From positions 451 to 64,450 of IMG/VR virus record IMGVR_UViG_3300028595_000011: a stretch of 64,000 bases of DNA. The stretch is one strand, 5' to 3'. The notes under the pieces were generated by a model. The model worked only from the letters and a program-made list of their open reading frames with translations, did no database searches and was not told where the DNA came from. Made by a program: the position numbers and the translations under genes. Below, piece by piece: positions 45,227-54,895 of the stretch (position 1 is the first letter of the stretch; each line of letters starts with the position of its first letter). This DNA is from a virus (lineage: Duplodnaviria; Caudoviricetes).

Positions 45227-45608
45227 TATTATGCAGTCAGAGGCTGGGCTTATGCTGTTGGCGGAGGAGTTTGATTTCCTTCGGAGCAAGAAGGTTCTGT
45301 CAATACTCCTCCTCCTCGCCACTCGTGGTCCGCTCACAAAAGAACAAATAGCAAAGTCCGGTATTGGAAAACCGTACAAGCTGAGGAAGAGACTGGACTT
45401 CCTGGTTGATCAGGGGATTCTTGTCCTGTCGAAACAGGTGTACAAAAAGGCACCACACATTCCGCCCAAAAACTACACACTGTACTACATGGCTGACGAG
45501 TTTATTGGAGAGGCCATAGTTGAAACCGCGAAGCTGTTGCAAAGATCTCACCAGGCGTACGCTGACGGCTTCCGCGTTTTGCGTAACCAGTTGAAACCAC
45601 TACCGTAG
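45219..45608 (+). CDS. Winged-HTH protein
   Basis: GPLTKEQIA..LDFLVDQGIL. Confidence 0.6.
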   Translation: MASIMQSEAGLMLLAEEFDFLRSKKVLSILLLLATRGPLTKEQIAKSGIGKPYKLRKRLDFLVDQGILVLSKQVYKKAPHIPPKNYTLYYMADEFIGEAIVETAKLLQRSHQAYADGFRVLRNQLKPLP

Positions 45609-45639
45609 CAATGTATCATTGTTTCGTAGGAGGTCCGTC

Positions 45640-46308
45640 ATGGACGAACAAAAAGCTGTTGAGCTAATGAAGGAACTCGGGGTCAGTTGCGAGATCGGAA
45701 CCGAGACCTACGAAGCAATGCTTGAACATCCGACCGTTGCCGCCTTTATGAAGGGTGAGGTTAGCATGAGCCAGGCTATCTTTGTTGAAGAGTATCTAGC
45801 CAATGGCTTTAATGCTTCTAGGGCAGCCAAGGCTGCCAAATACAGGGCATTCAATAAGGGCGGGTTCTCAAGTATTGGGAGCGTCGTGATGAAGAGCAAG
45901 AGGGTTAAGTCTCTGATTGCCAGGCGCATTACCGAGAGGGCAATGAATGCTAATGAAGTGCTTGATCGCTATAGAGATATTGCTGACGGCACCATCGGTG
46001 CCTTCTTGAGTGACGACTACAGTGCTGTTGATTTAAGGAAGGCTGCCGATGAAAACAAATTGCACTTGCTCAAAGACTTGAAGATTGATTCCGAGGGCAA
46101 CGTGCAAATCAAGATTCGAGACCAGGATCACGCGCTGGATCAGCTTGCGCGATCTCTTGGGGTGTTCGAAAAAGACAACACGTCGAAGCTCCCGCCGGAA
46201 ATCATTGCCCTCCTTGGGCTGTCTCCGCAAGAGCTACAGGCCAGGCAGGATGCGTATAGAGACATGAAGTCCGAGTTGGAGGGCGACAATGCAGCCGATG
46301 CCGGTTAG
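45640..46308 (+). CDS. terS: Terminase small subunit
   Basis: FVEEYL..FNASRAAKAAKY..ALDQLARSLGVF. Confidence 0.85.
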   Translation: MDEQKAVELMKELGVSCEIGTETYEAMLEHPTVAAFMKGEVSMSQAIFVEEYLANGFNASRAAKAAKYRAFNKGGFSSIGSVVMKSKRVKSLIARRITERAMNANEVLDRYRDIADGTIGAFLSDDYSAVDLRKAADENKLHLLKDLKIDSEGNVQIKIRDQDHALDQLARSLGVFEKDNTSKLPPEIIALLGLSPQELQARQDAYRDMKSELEGDNAADAG

Positions 46309-47035
46309 TGATGAAGAACTAACAGCACTAATCACAAACCACCAAGTAATTGACGAGGCGCTTGCCAAGGATTGCTGGAAGTGGTGCTGCCATCTTGTTG
46401 TCACTGTAGACGAGGCGGCAGACGAGGGCGTCTCTCGTCGTCGTCGATGGCCAGCCCGCCTCAAATATATTCAGGAAGCAATGCAAATCCTTAAGAATGA
46501 AAGGTTTGTGATCTTCCCGAAGTCTCGCCGCATGATGGCCACCTGGCTCATCTGTGCCTACCTGCTACATGATACACGCTACACGCCGGACTCGGCAAAC
46601 TTCATCCTGTCTGAGACGGAGCAGAAGGCCGCGTTCTGTATTGACAAGCGTTGTTACCATATGGAAACCAATCTACGATTCCCAGAATTCCAGAAAGAAG
46701 TCCACACCCTAAGAACCAAGACTGGCCTTATCGGGCGCATGACGTATCCCCACAACGGCTCGTACCTTTGGGGTCTCGCTAGCACTGGAGATGCGCTGCG
46801 CGCTTATACCGCCACCAAGGTTTTCGTGGATGAAATTGAATTCATTGAACAGGCCCCGGCGCTCACCCGCGCACTTGTGCCGCTGATCGAGGGCGGGGCG
46901 CAGGCAATCTTTGCATCGTCCAGCAATGGCCCAACAGGAATCATTGCGGAGTATTGCAGAGATGTCTCCTTTCACAAATGGGAAGATCTTGCTAAACTAA
47001 ATGCTGAAGACGTTGGAATTATGTACGCAAGTTAA
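46289..47035 (+). CDS. terL: Terminase large subunit, N-terminal ATPase part
   Basis: Deviant P-loop PKSRRMMATW, Walker B VFVDE, coupling motif SSSNG. Confidence 0.8.
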   Translation: MQPMPVSDEELTALITNHQVIDEALAKDCWKWCCHLVVTVDEAADEGVSRRRRWPARLKYIQEAMQILKNERFVIFPKSRRMMATWLICAYLLHDTRYTPDSANFILSETEQKAAFCIDKRCYHMETNLRFPEFQKEVHTLRTKTGLIGRMTYPHNGSYLWGLASTGDALRAYTATKVFVDEIEFIEQAPALTRALVPLIEGGAQAIFASSSNGPTGIIAEYCRDVSFHKWEDLAKLNAEDVGIMYAS

Positions 47036-47050
47036 TCAAGGAGGCATATC

Positions 47051-47740
47051 ATGGGTGGCGCAACAGGACAAGGTCAGTTGGGACAGGCTGCAAATCCGCA
47101 GCAAAGTGATCCGATGCAGAATCTAAACAGAGGCGGGATGCCGAATGTAGCACAGCCTCGGTTAATGGACACCTACTCTGGGAGCGTTGCTGATGCTCCG
47201 TCTTGGATTCGGGGCGGCATAGAGGCTAACAGGCGTCAGGTAAATACGCCTTCGCAAGCGCTGCAGAACATGGGCTTTGCCAACAATAGGATGCTTGGCG
47301 GCTCCCAGCAAGCCCAGGGCAAGGTTGGCAAGATCGCGGCTCCTGGCACTGACGGGCTGCCGGGGTCCGGCAATTCTTATGGAATGGCTAATGCTGGCCT
47401 GGGGAACCCCATCCGTCAGGACCGGCATGGAAGCAATATGATTGCCTCGCAAGGACAGCCGGTGCAGCTTGGTAACAATGCTGGTCGCGCCTCGGCTGGT
47501 GCTCCAGAGTTCGGTCGCTTCTGGAACCCGAACGACTGGAATGCGGCGAATCCGATGAGCAACTTCGAATCGCCCGAAGCCAGGCAGGCTGCGCGTCAAG
47601 GCGCTAGGCAAGACGCCAGACAAAATTGGAGAGATGCAGGAGGCTTAAGTATGCGGCCTGAAAATATGAACATCGGGCGGCAGGAACCGCGAGCCGGTGC
47701 GCCGCCAACCCCAGGAGGTTCGACTGGCGCAGGGAAATAG
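47051..47740 (+). CDS. Low-complexity G/N/Q/P protein
   Basis: GGAGG RBS; disordered composition; ends GGSTGAGK. Confidence 0.65.
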   Translation: MGGATGQGQLGQAANPQQSDPMQNLNRGGMPNVAQPRLMDTYSGSVADAPSWIRGGIEANRRQVNTPSQALQNMGFANNRMLGGSQQAQGKVGKIAAPGTDGLPGSGNSYGMANAGLGNPIRQDRHGSNMIASQGQPVQLGNNAGRASAGAPEFGRFWNPNDWNAANPMSNFESPEARQAARQGARQDARQNWRDAGGLSMRPENMNIGRQEPRAGAPPTPGGSTGAGK

Positions 47741-47750
47741 GGGAGATTGC

Positions 47751-48524
47751 ATGAGTAAAGTTCGGCGCTTGTTTTGGGATATAGAGACTTCACCTAATGT
47801 TGGTTTTTTCTGGTCATCTGGATACAAAGTAAACATTCCGCCCGATAACATCATTCAAGAGCGGGCCATCATTTGTATCTGCTTTAAGTGGGAGGGAGAA
47901 AAACAAGTACACTACCTTCAGTGGGATGGTGGATGCGACAGGGAAATGATCCGTGAGTTTATCGAGGTTGCATCGTTTGCAGACGAGATGGTTGCTCATA
48001 ACGGAGACAAGTTCGACATGGCCTGGTACAACGGTCGGCATCTGATTCATGGGTTTGATCCTATGCCTAACCACAAGACCGTTGATACGTACAAGATGGC
48101 CGCGAAGAACTTTAACTTGAACAGCTACAAGCTGGATTATCTTTCAAAGATCCTTCTTGGAGAGGGCAAGATCCATGCTCCGTTCCAGTTGTGGGAGGAT
48201 ATCGTTAAGTCGAATTGCCCGAAGGCAATGAAGAAGATGATCGCCTATTGCAAGAAGGATGTCGTCCTGCTTGAGAGGGTGTGGCAAAAGCTGAGCGCAT
48301 ACGAGGAGCCGATGACACACGCCGGCGTTTACAAGACGGGAGACGTGAAAAAGCGGTGGACCTGTCCGCATTGCGGTAGCGAGAATGTGTACAAATCAAA
48401 AACAAATGTCACCAGAAAGGGCATGGCCCACCACCAGATGCAGTGCAATGACTGCGGCAAGTACTACACGATTGTCGGTCTGGTGTACAAATGGTATAGA
48501 GAGGCAAGAGAAGCAACCGTATGA
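47751..48524 (+). CDS. DEDDy 3'-5' exonuclease (RNase_H_2-like) with Zn ribbon
   Basis: DIET, HNGDKFD, VDT, YCKKD; CPHC..CNDC. Confidence 0.85.
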   Translation: MSKVRRLFWDIETSPNVGFFWSSGYKVNIPPDNIIQERAIICICFKWEGEKQVHYLQWDGGCDREMIREFIEVASFADEMVAHNGDKFDMAWYNGRHLIHGFDPMPNHKTVDTYKMAAKNFNLNSYKLDYLSKILLGEGKIHAPFQLWEDIVKSNCPKAMKKMIAYCKKDVVLLERVWQKLSAYEEPMTHAGVYKTGDVKKRWTCPHCGSENVYKSKTNVTRKGMAHHQMQCNDCGKYYTIVGLVYKWYREAREATV

Positions 48525-49417
48525 GCATCTTAAAGGTTCTTCGGCATCGAGGCGGAGCCGCCATTGTCCCGATCCATTATAGTATGGACCCGGACAAAGA
48601 TGTCGTGTGGGCCAGCAAGATGAAACAAAAGGCCGCGAATGAAACTGATTGGCTTATGGAAATGGAAATCTCGTTTGAAACAACCGTTGGCACGAAGTGC
48701 TTTGAAAGCTTTAGCATGCTGGCCAACGTTGATGATTCAGTTGAGTATGACCCGTCCCTGCCAATCAGGCTATGCTGCGACTTCAACGTCGAACCCATGG
48801 CCTGGGTGATTGCCCAGGTTCATGGGGATGTTGTTCACTTCATTGACGAGATCTATCTCCCGGAGGGGGATACCATTGAGGCGTGTGAAGTTTTCCTCGA
48901 CAGATACGGGGATCACTACGGCGACGTGTATGTGTATGGTGATGCCAGTGGCAAATCGAGATCTTCGAAAGACTACGGATCGAACTACGACGAGATCAAG
49001 CTTCGCACAATGGGCCGTCCATTCAAGCTCAAGATGCGGGTGCCGCGCTCTAACCCATCCAATGTCAATCACGTTCGCAGTTTTAACCGCAGGCTCAGCG
49101 ACGAGTTCGGCAATCCAAAGATTCTGATTCACCCGAAGAAGTGTAAGAACTTGATTTTAGATCTTTTACAGGTAATATGGGAACCAGAGGGTAAGCGAAT
49201 TGCGAAGAGTCGCAAACGCGATGACCCATATTTCTGGCGTGGACACTGTGCGGATGCGGCAATGGCGCTCATCTACAGGCACTGGCCCACGCGCAAAGAG
49301 GTTTCGAGGATGTCTCAGGGCGAACGAGAGCATGACGCGGAAGTCAAGCGTCGGAAAATGCGGAACCGCAGGAAAAAGAAACTTATCGGGGCGTTCCCGT
49401 TTAGAGGAGGTAAGTAA
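48521..49417 (+). CDS. terL: Terminase large subunit, C-terminal part (lid, linker, RNase H-like nuclease)
   Basis: HYSMDPDK..EMEISF..CDFNVEP..IDEI..GDASG..HCADA. Confidence 0.8.
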   Translation: MSILKVLRHRGGAAIVPIHYSMDPDKDVVWASKMKQKAANETDWLMEMEISFETTVGTKCFESFSMLANVDDSVEYDPSLPIRLCCDFNVEPMAWVIAQVHGDVVHFIDEIYLPEGDTIEACEVFLDRYGDHYGDVYVYGDASGKSRSSKDYGSNYDEIKLRTMGRPFKLKMRVPRSNPSNVNHVRSFNRRLSDEFGNPKILIHPKKCKNLILDLLQVIWEPEGKRIAKSRKRDDPYFWRGHCADAAMALIYRHWPTRKEVSRMSQGEREHDAEVKRRKMRNRRKKKLIGAFPFRGGK

Positions 49418-51423
49418 TGCCTGACATGGGATTGATCGCTGAACAGGCAGGACTTCCTGAGCCGCCCGATGGGGCGGAACGGATTGCCTATGGAGAGGAT
49501 GCTCCGATTGAGATTCGGCTTGAACCCGGAACTGATCTCCATAAAAAGCTTTTGAATGAGCTTAAGCACCGCAGGGACTTCTCCAGAGAGTACATGAAGG
49601 ACCGACACGACGACTGGGACAGGGTTCGAGAGCACCAGAAGATGTATTTGAACCTTGATCGCAACGCTCGGGGCGGAAATCGTGAAGACATCTATGGTGA
49701 AACCGAGATGCCATTCCAGAGATCCGTTACAATTCCGCTTTCGAAGGCAACACTTGAGGTTCTTTTGACTCAGGTGATGTCCATTTACGCTGCTCGTGAC
49801 CCCATCATCCAGATTATGGCCGACAATGGCGGCTCTCCGTTCAGGGCGAAGCTTGTAGAGGCCATGATTGCCTACGATTTGATCCAAACTAAAGCGTATT
49901 CAGTACTTTACGCCATGTTTGGTGATGCATTTCAGTTTGGAAACGGCTACATCTACGATTCTTGGGAGTTAGAAGAGGGCGTGACCTACGAATTCGAGCC
50001 TCTTGCCGCCCCAGGCGTCCCCCCGGAGCTTCAGCGTGCCGTTCTTGGGCCGCTGGCGTACACTCCCGTCCGCAGAATCGGAATTCAGCGCGAATTTTGC
50101 AAGTGGACACCCATTTCTGCGTACGATATGCGCCCAGACCCACGGGTTTCGCAGTGGGCAATGCAAGAAGGGGAGTTTTGTGGGCATAAATGGAAGAGTT
50201 CTAAGCTTGCATTGATGAAAAGGTCTGGTGAGAAGGGACCGTACTTCAATATCGACCAACTTCCCGACAGATCGCTGCCTGGGGTCATGGATAGTGAGCG
50301 ATCTAACAGTTCTGACCCGTTCAATCCACACCAAGGCTCTCAAGAGCTATTGAAATCAGAGGCTCCGGCATGGTTGAACATGGAGACCATGGTTTGGGAG
50401 CTTGTTCCTAGAGATTTCGAGCTTGGCGAGAGCGACTTCCCGGAAAAGTGGGTGTTTTCGTGGGCTGAAGACAAGGTTATCTGTCGTGCGCACCCGCTCA
50501 TCAACAAGCACCAGCAGTTCCCCTACGCTGTTGCTGAGCCTGAGCCGAATTTCTTCGATCTGTTTTCGCCAGGAACCATGGAGCTTATCGAGCCGCTCCA
50601 AAGATTCATTAACTGGTTGTATAACAGTCACATCGAGAACATCACCCGCGTCCTGAATAACCAGTGGGTGTATTCTCCGCAGTTCATTGAAGAATCGGAC
50701 ATTGAGTTTGGTGGACCTGGCGAGAATGTCAGGATGACACAGGACGCCGTAGATGCAATGCTCAACGGGGAGATCCAAAGCGTTCAACAGTTCCTGTATC
50801 AGATGCCGGTCCAAGATGTCACTGGCCCAACGTACATGAATGCCATTCAGTACACATATCAGATGGCTCAGGTTATGACCGGGGCCAATGATCCGCTCAG
50901 CGGCATCCAGTTGCCGACGCAGCGATCCGCGACGGAGGTCGGGACCATTACCGCCAAGGCTTCTGAGCGCATGGCAATTACCGCTCGGCTCATGGACGAG
51001 AATGCGATTCAGGATTTAGTGAGGCGGTCCGTTCACAACCGCCAACAGTTCACGAGCATTGGAAGATACTACGAGATTGGCGGCAGGCTGGCGCAAGACC
51101 TCGGGATGGACAACATATTCGCTGATCTTGAAGACATCCAGGGTGATTTCAAGTACAAGCCGATTACCGGGATTCTCCCACAAGATCCGGCGAGGTCTGC
51201 TGCGAACTGGAGCAACCTCTTGTCTGCCGCTGGTCAGATTCCACAGTTGCAGCAGCCGGGTCCAGATGGTCGCGCCCTTGATTTCCGAGAGATCTTTAAT
51301 GTGATTGCTGAGAAGTCAGGAATCCAGAACATCGACGATTACTACATGGAAGTCCAAGTTATGCCAGATGAAGAGCTTGCACAGCAGGCCCAGGCTGGTA
51401 ACGTGGTTCCGGTCGGGGGTTAA
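49417..51423 (+). CDS. Portal protein
   Basis: 668 aa after terminase; RSATEV clip motif; Q-rich tail. Confidence 0.85.
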   Translation: MPDMGLIAEQAGLPEPPDGAERIAYGEDAPIEIRLEPGTDLHKKLLNELKHRRDFSREYMKDRHDDWDRVREHQKMYLNLDRNARGGNREDIYGETEMPFQRSVTIPLSKATLEVLLTQVMSIYAARDPIIQIMADNGGSPFRAKLVEAMIAYDLIQTKAYSVLYAMFGDAFQFGNGYIYDSWELEEGVTYEFEPLAAPGVPPELQRAVLGPLAYTPVRRIGIQREFCKWTPISAYDMRPDPRVSQWAMQEGEFCGHKWKSSKLALMKRSGEKGPYFNIDQLPDRSLPGVMDSERSNSSDPFNPHQGSQELLKSEAPAWLNMETMVWELVPRDFELGESDFPEKWVFSWAEDKVICRAHPLINKHQQFPYAVAEPEPNFFDLFSPGTMELIEPLQRFINWLYNSHIENITRVLNNQWVYSPQFIEESDIEFGGPGENVRMTQDAVDAMLNGEIQSVQQFLYQMPVQDVTGPTYMNAIQYTYQMAQVMTGANDPLSGIQLPTQRSATEVGTITAKASERMAITARLMDENAIQDLVRRSVHNRQQFTSIGRYYEIGGRLAQDLGMDNIFADLEDIQGDFKYKPITGILPQDPARSAANWSNLLSAAGQIPQLQQPGPDGRALDFREIFNVIAEKSGIQNIDDYYMEVQVMPDEELAQQAQAGNVVPVGG

Positions 51424-51424
51424 C

Positions 51425-51706
51425 ATGAAGTGGTGGAAGGAAAATGCTGGCTGGACATCTGCATTCGTCGCTGTCCTTCTTGTTGCTGTTGGTTGGCTAA
51501 GCGGTCTTTTTGAGCACGTTGTCGAGATTGAGGCTAAGCCAGCAATTCAAAAAGAAATATATTTGCACGAACTTGAGGTAGAACCCAGGCTGCAAAAGAT
51601 TGAAACGACCAGCACATACAACAAGGAAGAGATCCAAAAAATTCAAGACAAGCTTGATGACAGTCTAGTAATACAGCAAAAAATTCTTGATAAGGTGAGT
51701 GAATAA
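51425..51706 (+). CDS. Single-TM coiled-coil protein (holin/antiholin-like)
   Basis: One TM plus coiled coil before endolysin. Confidence 0.55.
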   Translation: MKWWKENAGWTSAFVAVLLVAVGWLSGLFEHVVEIEAKPAIQKEIYLHELEVEPRLQKIETTSTYNKEEIQKIQDKLDDSLVIQQKILDKVSE

Positions 51707-52266
51707 TGAAGATTTGCATTGACCCTGGTCACGGTGGGCATGACCCAGGAGCCATTGGTCCAACTGGGCTAAAGGAAAAGGTCGTGGCCCTTTATGTCGC
51801 ACAAGAGTTGAGCGATCTGTTCGAGCTTGAAGGCTGCGGCATTGAAACATATCTCACCAGGTTTGATGATGAGTTTGTGTCTCTCCAGGGTAGGTGCGAT
51901 GCTGCCAACCAGAATGGCGCAGATTTGTTTATCTCTATTCATTGCAACTCTTTCCATAAGCCACAGGCCAGCGGCTTTGAGGTTTGGACCTCTGTTGGCT
52001 GGACCCCGGCTGACAAGTATGCATCGCATGTGTTCCAGAAGATTCGCTCATACTTCCCGTTCAAGAGGGGGCGCGTTGATATGAGTGATGGCGATGAAGA
52101 CAAAGAGGCGCAGTTCAAGGTTCTTCGAGGAACTAAGATGCCAGCCATCCTTGTTGAGTTGTCCTTTATTTCTAATCCATACGAAGAGCACGAGATGAAA
52201 GACCCTGAGTGGAGAGACACGATGGCACGCGCAATCTATGAGGGGGTGTGCAGTGCAAGATTCTAG
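51706..52266 (+). CDS. Endolysin, N-acetylmuramoyl-L-alanine amidase (Amidase_3)
   Basis: IDPGHGG..E..SIHCN..PAILVELSFISN. Confidence 0.93.
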   Translation: MKICIDPGHGGHDPGAIGPTGLKEKVVALYVAQELSDLFELEGCGIETYLTRFDDEFVSLQGRCDAANQNGADLFISIHCNSFHKPQASGFEVWTSVGWTPADKYASHVFQKIRSYFPFKRGRVDMSDGDEDKEAQFKVLRGTKMPAILVELSFISNPYEEHEMKDPEWRDTMARAIYEGVCSARF

Positions 52267-52522
52267 GCTGCTGAGCCGAAAGTTTTGGCTGATTGTCGGA
52301 GCACTCGCAGGAAGCCAGGCGCTTGTCGTTGGCATGTTTCAGACTTTCTCTGCACTCTTAGAGAAGAAGTTGATTACGGATGTTATCTATGAGAGGCTTG
52401 TATCAACGCTGATGTTCAACGACGCGATGCTAATGGCTGGTCTCGTGGGTTTCTACTTCGGCGTCAACTACTTCCAGAACAGGCTGTTCAAGGGGGGAAG
52501 AGATGTGGATGATAGCTCTTGA
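52253..52522 (+). CDS. Holin
   Basis: LLSRKFW start, two TM segments, YFGVN. Confidence 0.65.
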   Translation: MQDSRLLSRKFWLIVGALAGSQALVVGMFQTFSALLEKKLITDVIYERLVSTLMFNDAMLMAGLVGFYFGVNYFQNRLFKGGRDVDDSS

Positions 52523-52928
52523 ATTTCTTAAAGGCATTCCCTGGGGAAAGGTATTGCCATTGCTGGCTGTGCTTACTTTGGTCGTTGGCGGCTTTCTTTA
52601 TGTCGATAATCTTCGTGACGAGAATGAGAAACTGAAACTTCAGATTGAAGTTCTCAATCGAGATTATGGGCAATGTAAGGCTAATCGAGAAGCCCAGGAT
52701 GAAATCATTGCTGAGTACTCAAAGAATGCTGAAGATGCAGCAAAAAGGAAAGAGGAATTGGACGAGGCTTTGGACAGGATTGCAACGCTTGTTGCCAGCT
52801 TGATTAAGGCCAAGGCCCAACTCGCTGATGTTAGCAAGAAGTATGACAAGCTTCGACAAGAGGCCGGGGAGATCCCGCTGTGCGCCACCTATGAGAACGT
52901 GCTACGGGCAATGGCCGGGGAGGAGTAA
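52503..52928 (+). CDS. Inner-membrane spanin (Rz-like)
   Basis: N-terminal TM plus periplasmic coiled coil. Confidence 0.7.
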   Translation: MWMIALEFLKGIPWGKVLPLLAVLTLVVGGFLYVDNLRDENEKLKLQIEVLNRDYGQCKANREAQDEIIAEYSKNAEDAAKRKEELDEALDRIATLVASLIKAKAQLADVSKKYDKLRQEAGEIPLCATYENVLRAMAGEE

Positions 52929-53239
52929 TGCGTAAAGTATTGATTCTATTAGCCTTGTTTGCCGTCGGCTGCGGGAGCACCGTGCCTCCAGAGCCAATCA
53001 TCAAATATGAAAAAATCTATGTTGATCGCTATATCTATCGTTGCGTTGATATACCTGAGTGCGGTATGCACGAGGAGATCCCCCCGTTCCCCAGGAACGG
53101 AACTGATGACGAGAAGGCGCTTTGGGCTATTAACGTTGGCGAAATTAGAGACAAGAATCAGGCACTTGATGAGGGGTGCATTCACGCCTTAAAGCTTTTG
53201 CTCCTGGAGATTAACTCGGAGTGCCAAGATGGACAGTAG
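52928..53239 (+). CDS. Outer-membrane spanin lipoprotein (Rz1-like)
   Basis: Lipobox FAVGC, Pro-rich. Confidence 0.7.
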   Translation: MRKVLILLALFAVGCGSTVPPEPIIKYEKIYVDRYIYRCVDIPECGMHEEIPPFPRNGTDDEKALWAINVGEIRDKNQALDEGCIHALKLLLLEINSECQDGQ

Positions 53240-53606
53240 GCTTGAGAAAAGGATTGAGGAACTGCAGCGAGACCTGGACATCTATGGGCAGGTCGTGCGG
53301 CAGGCGCGTGCTCGTGTTGCTGGGGAGGATGAGGAGTGGAACAAGGAGCGAGACAAACTCATCGAGACTATTTGTGATCTGGTTGTCGCGTTCAAGCCAG
53401 ATGATCAGCCCAGCAAGGCTGTTCACATACTTGGGCAGATTAACGCATCTGCCGAAAAGCTTCGCGCCCCAAAGAGAATTTGTGTAGAGTTTGACAATAA
53501 GTCTAAACTATTGCATACTTTACGTGATCAACAGCAAAGGCATGAAAATGCAGTTGCTGGTGCTCGTGAGGCACTGAAGCAAAACAAATGGTATGCGAAT
53601 GGCTAG
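53229..53606 (+). CDS. Helical hypothetical protein preceding scaffold
   Basis: 125-aa ORF, GGAG RBS. Confidence 0.6.
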   Translation: MDSRLEKRIEELQRDLDIYGQVVRQARARVAGEDEEWNKERDKLIETICDLVVAFKPDDQPSKAVHILGQINASAEKLRAPKRICVEFDNKSKLLHTLRDQQQRHENAVAGAREALKQNKWYANG

Positions 53607-53701
53607 CGCCCCGCCAACAGGGGCATGTGACTACCCGATGGGAAAGGGATCACCAACAGTAGCAGACGACCTGGAACGCGGGATCTGCGAAGGAGATTAA
53701 A

Positions 53702-54862
53702 ATGGCTGAGGAGAAAACAGACGAACAGTTGGAGCAGGAGGCACAAGATGCTCTCGACTTCGGTGGTGGCGGAGTTGAAGACAACCGTCCTTGGGATCAA
53801 GAAGAGGAAGAGGTTGTTGAAGACAATGCTGATGACGGAGAAGAGCAGGAGGCCGACGACGAAGAGGTAGCTGAAGAGGAAGATGCTGAACAGGATGTAG
53901 CGACCGAGAGTGACGAGGATGACGGGAGCGACGAAGAAGGCTCAAGTACTTTCACCCTTGATGGGAAGAAGTACACAGCCGAAGAAATCGCCGCCGACCC
54001 CAAACTCCTGTCAAAAATGGCTACGCACTACAACCAGGTTGGTAACTTCCAGAAGATCGCAGATGAGCGCAACGACCTAATCAAAGAGCGAGAAGAGCGC
54101 ATCGCACAGCTTGAGGCTGAGAACCGCAAAGTCATGGACGAGTGGACTCGCAACCGCATGCTGAATGAGCAGAAGCAGCGAGAAGAAGCGGAAAAGGAAG
54201 CGGCAGCAGCCGCCCAGCCTCCTCCGCGACCGCCCGCTGACCAGCTTAAGGCGCACTTCAAGCCCCATATTGATCAGCTTGTAGAGCAGGGTCGTTTGTC
54301 GGTTGATGAGCTTGATGAGCATAGTGGCTTGGTTGCAGAATATTTGTACGATACCGCTACCACTCGTGATCTCATCACCAAGGTCGTTTCTCATTTCGCC
54401 CAAGAGATTAACAGCATCAGGGGATTCATTGATCCTGCTGTCAAAAGCTGGGACGAAGAGAAGGCGGTTCGCGCAGATGCTGAGATTCAAAAGGCTGCCG
54501 CAGAACTCGAAGGCTACGACGAGCTTTCTGATCCAGAAATCTGGCAGCAGTTGAAGCAGTTTGTTGCAGATAAAGTTATGGCGAGTCCCAAAGATGCTGA
54601 TGGGAACCCGACGTTTAACCCGATCTTCGACGGACCCACGATGGCTTCCATGTATGATGCAATGACAGGATCTACATTAAGGAAAGCCCTTGGTGGGAAG
54701 AAGAAGAAAGCTAAACAGCAGATTGAGTCTGATAGACGCAAGGCTGGTGGAAGCGCAACGGGTGGGGGCAAGAAGCCCACGAAGCGTCCGAAACCCAAGC
54801 AGCCCAAAACTGAGGCTGAAGATGCACTCGACTGGGGCGACTCAGGCTATGCAACAGGTTGA
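53702..54862 (+). CDS. Capsid scaffolding protein
   Basis: Very acidic N-terminus, coiled coil, basic C-terminus, upstream of capsid. Confidence 0.8.
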   Translation: MAEEKTDEQLEQEAQDALDFGGGGVEDNRPWDQEEEEVVEDNADDGEEQEADDEEVAEEEDAEQDVATESDEDDGSDEEGSSTFTLDGKKYTAEEIAADPKLLSKMATHYNQVGNFQKIADERNDLIKEREERIAQLEAENRKVMDEWTRNRMLNEQKQREEAEKEAAAAAQPPPRPPADQLKAHFKPHIDQLVEQGRLSVDELDEHSGLVAEYLYDTATTRDLITKVVSHFAQEINSIRGFIDPAVKSWDEEKAVRADAEIQKAAAELEGYDELSDPEIWQQLKQFVADKVMASPKDADGNPTFNPIFDGPTMASMYDAMTGSTLRKALGGKKKKAKQQIESDRRKAGGSATGGGKKPTKRPKPKQPKTEAEDALDWGDSGYATG

Positions 54863-54895
54863 CTAATTTAAACAACTCTGCCTTTGGAGGCAAAA

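Noticed and set aside
47036-48520. Intron or split intein in terL
   Set aside because: Spacer is almost wholly coding, with no homing endonuclease and no intein terminal motifs; not formally excluded without RT-PCR.
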